Origin: Blasia pusilla
Lineage: Eukaryota
Direction: 5' to 3'
Assembly: GCA_050084515.1 (NCBI GenBank)
Contig: CM114271.1
Location: 37,758,001-37,822,000, forward strand
Length of the DNA: 64,000 nucleotides
Every line of letters starts with the position of its first letter. The first letter of the stretch is position 1. The notes beneath the pieces were generated by a model, which worked only from the letters and a program-made list of their open reading frames with translations, searched no databases and was not told the origin of the DNA. Shown here piece after piece: positions 61,535-64,000 of this stretch. A program made the position numbers and the translations under genes.

Positions 61535-62487
61535 CTAGGCGCTGTTCTTGATATATTCTTCGACGGCCTTGAACAAATTTGTGACTGCTCCCTTCGCTTG
61601 TTCGACGACGCCAGAAATGGCGTTTTCTGAGCCGCCCTCGTATTCGGTGGTGACGTGCACCTTGCACTTGTCATCGCCGACCGCGCTGATGGTCATACTG
61701 CTAACCCACTTGGTGAAGCCCACGCCCTCGCTGAGATGTCCTCCCTCGATCTCTTGGGTGGTGATTTTAGCATCACCTTCGAGGTCCAGGCCGATGAGCT
61801 TCTCCTTGACGAACGCGCCGGCGGGCGCCACTGGAAAATGTAAACGGAGTTGGTGTAAGAGACCATCATAAATTTCAGGTGGCCATGGCTACTTGTACTA
61901 AGTCGATCACGGATACATCCCACATTTGAACGTTATGTCAAATTTTCCTAATGGTTGAGTGTTGAAATTGATTGTGTACGCGAGCTATCGACCTGAATGA
62001 GTTCAACCGCATGCGTCAAACTGGAGCTAAGCGCAGGGGTTCATACATTCATTGCTTCCGGTGATATTCACACCAGTAGGAAGGCCAGTAGGAAAGCGCG
62101 CCCAGTCTTACAATAGCTAGATTTAACTTGAACTGTACGTATGGAATCGGTCCTATCAATCTCTTCGAATTCATCAATACGTTCAAGCCAAAGTTGAAGT
62201 ACGAGCTGCGAAATGGGACCGGTAAAACCGAGCGTACTCACATGCCTTCGGTAATCAAATGCAACAATGTAGAGCCAACAAACATCTCACTGGGATACAG
62301 CATGTGTGAGCCTACCGAAGTTGATGATTCGCACCGAGCCTACGTGTCCTTCCACACCCTCGATTTCCTCCATGCTGCTAATGACCTCTGGTAAGAGCTT
62401 GGGGAACAGCGTGTTTTGCTCCTTCAAAGCTCCCCACAGGGCGCTCACAGGCACGGCCAACTCGACAACAGACTCGAAGGAACCCAT
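61535..62487 (-). CDS. Bet v 1/PR-10-family protein, gene A copy 3 (exon 1 62487-62316, exon 2 61830-61535, 155 aa), intact
   Basis: Exon 1 is identical to A1. Exon 2 ends LFKAVEEYIKNSA*. GT/CAG splice sites are intact. TATA at about 62653. Confidence 0.9.
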
Positions 62488-63547
62488 TTCCGGTCGGGTG
62501 CTGAATCTCGGCACTGATGCGATGGACTCTGGAGACGACACTCTCGAGATGAAGATGTAGGTACGGGATGCAAGAGCAAATCGAGTGATGGCGAAATTGT
62601 GAGAGAGTACTGGTTGGCGATGAAGCTTGCGAACTGAGATCGCGCGAGCTCCTTATATACTGAACAGAGCAATGTGAGGCTGCTCTGTAGTTGCTGCCAT
62701 CCGCCCGTACTCGGGTGCTGAATCATGCCTCCCAGTGGAGGCCGGGATGGCCGAGAAAGGGTTCCCCACCTCCACGGCCTCCACGGTCAAATGACGACGA
62801 AGTCCAAAGTTGCTGTTCTAAAGGTCGTCCCGCTCTGACCCGTCCGACGTAGCAAGCGTCTTCTCGCACTTCCATTATGGGCGCGGCTCGGATAAATCGG
62901 TCACTAGAATAGGCGTTTTCACCGGCCGAAAGACAAGTGAACATTACGCTTTTACGCCGGTTCCATCCGCTTTTAGCCTCTGTTGACTCGTTTGAGGACA
63001 GAGAAAGGACGACCTCACCGGCGTTTAGCATGCAGCCCGCGGTAGGATACGTTAAATTCGTATAGAATCGCGGTGAGACGGTCGGTCAGTGGAAACTCGT
63101 TAGTGTAAATATTGATAATGGCCTGCCTTCGAGGGTTGTTCGTGCGTGAGTCATGAAGCGGATCACGGGAGTCAGATTAAAGCTAATGCAAGTTACAGCG
63201 AAGACCTTTCTAGGGACAAGGGGCATGCTAACTCGGACCGATGCGACACGCTGCCCCGTTGCAAGTCCTCAAGAGCACATGCCTAGCAAGACGTCGTCGG
63301 CAGGCCTGGGAAGCATTTCTGGTCGTTTGATCTAGACCAATGCATGCATGGCCTTTTTCCCGTGCTAGGCACCAGCTGAGGAGCGTCCTCTGTTCAGTAT
63401 ATAAGAGCCTCGCGCACTCTCAGTTCGCAGGCCTTCATCGCTAACCAGTAAAGTCTCGCAATCAATCGATCTGCTCTTGCATCCAACTTTAGATCTCCGT
63501 CTAGATCATTTAGTCCATTCCATCAGGGTCGAGATTCAGCACCGGAA

Positions 63548-64000
63548 ATGGGTTCCTTCGAGTCTGCTGTGGAGTTGGCCGTGCCTGTGAGCGCCCTGTG
63601 GGCGGCTTTGAAGGAGCAAAACACGCTGTTCCCCAAGCTCTTACCAGAGGTCATTAGCAGCGTTGAGGAAATCGAGGGTGTGGAAGGACACGTCGGCTCC
63701 GTCCGACTCATCAAGTTTGGTAAGATCACGAAAGAACATGTCAGGCTCAAGAAGTTTATGCACACAGTGTTGATGAGTAAATCACGGTCCGTTTTATTGG
63801 TCCCATTTAGCAGTTCGATGTTGCAACTAATGGCGATGAATGCCTAGTATCAATAGGCATGGCCACCTGAAATTGAATGATCGGTTCTCACACCAACGCC
63901 GTCCACACTTTCCAGTGGCTCCCGCGGGCGCGTTCGTCAAGGAGAAGCTCATCGGCCTGGACCTCGAAGGTGATTCTAAAATCACCACTCAAGAGATCGA
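63548..64000 (+). CDS. Bet v 1/PR-10-family gene B copy 3 (exon 1 63548-63719, exon 2 from 63916, runs off the window)
   Basis: Matches B1 at an offset of 56280. The window ends just before the site of the B1 frameshift, so intactness is unknown. Confidence 0.8.

Overview
Eukaryotic, transposon-rich plant DNA. The element families suggest a non-seed land plant such as a bryophyte, but that is inference. The only host genes are a cluster of two-exon Bet v 1/PR-10-family genes: three copies of a head-to-head pair (A on -, B on +; about 5.3-7.9, 28.7-31.5 and 61.5-64 kb) plus one 5'-truncated relic at about 3.6-4.3 kb. The pairs sit in large tandem segmental repeats. The spacers hold a full-length but decayed Ty1/copia element (TSD, PBS, PPT and both LTRs visible), several copia and gypsy fragments, a decayed autonomous Helitron with non-autonomous relatives, and a CRE-like non-LTR retrotransposon with a restriction-like endonuclease and a 7-bp TSD. 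The most unusual feature is a decayed Mutator-like DNA element. It has a zinc-finger/MULE transposase transcribed divergently from an intron-containing ParB-like gene, and it is peppered with a 29-bp palindrome (TGCAACCCGTCGGANTCCGACGGGTTGCA). The same palindrome fills the intron and 3' flank of two decayed exon sets resembling the C-terminal half of a bacterial-type N4-C/N6-A DNA methyltransferase. All domain calls come from motif reading by eye; no searches were run.
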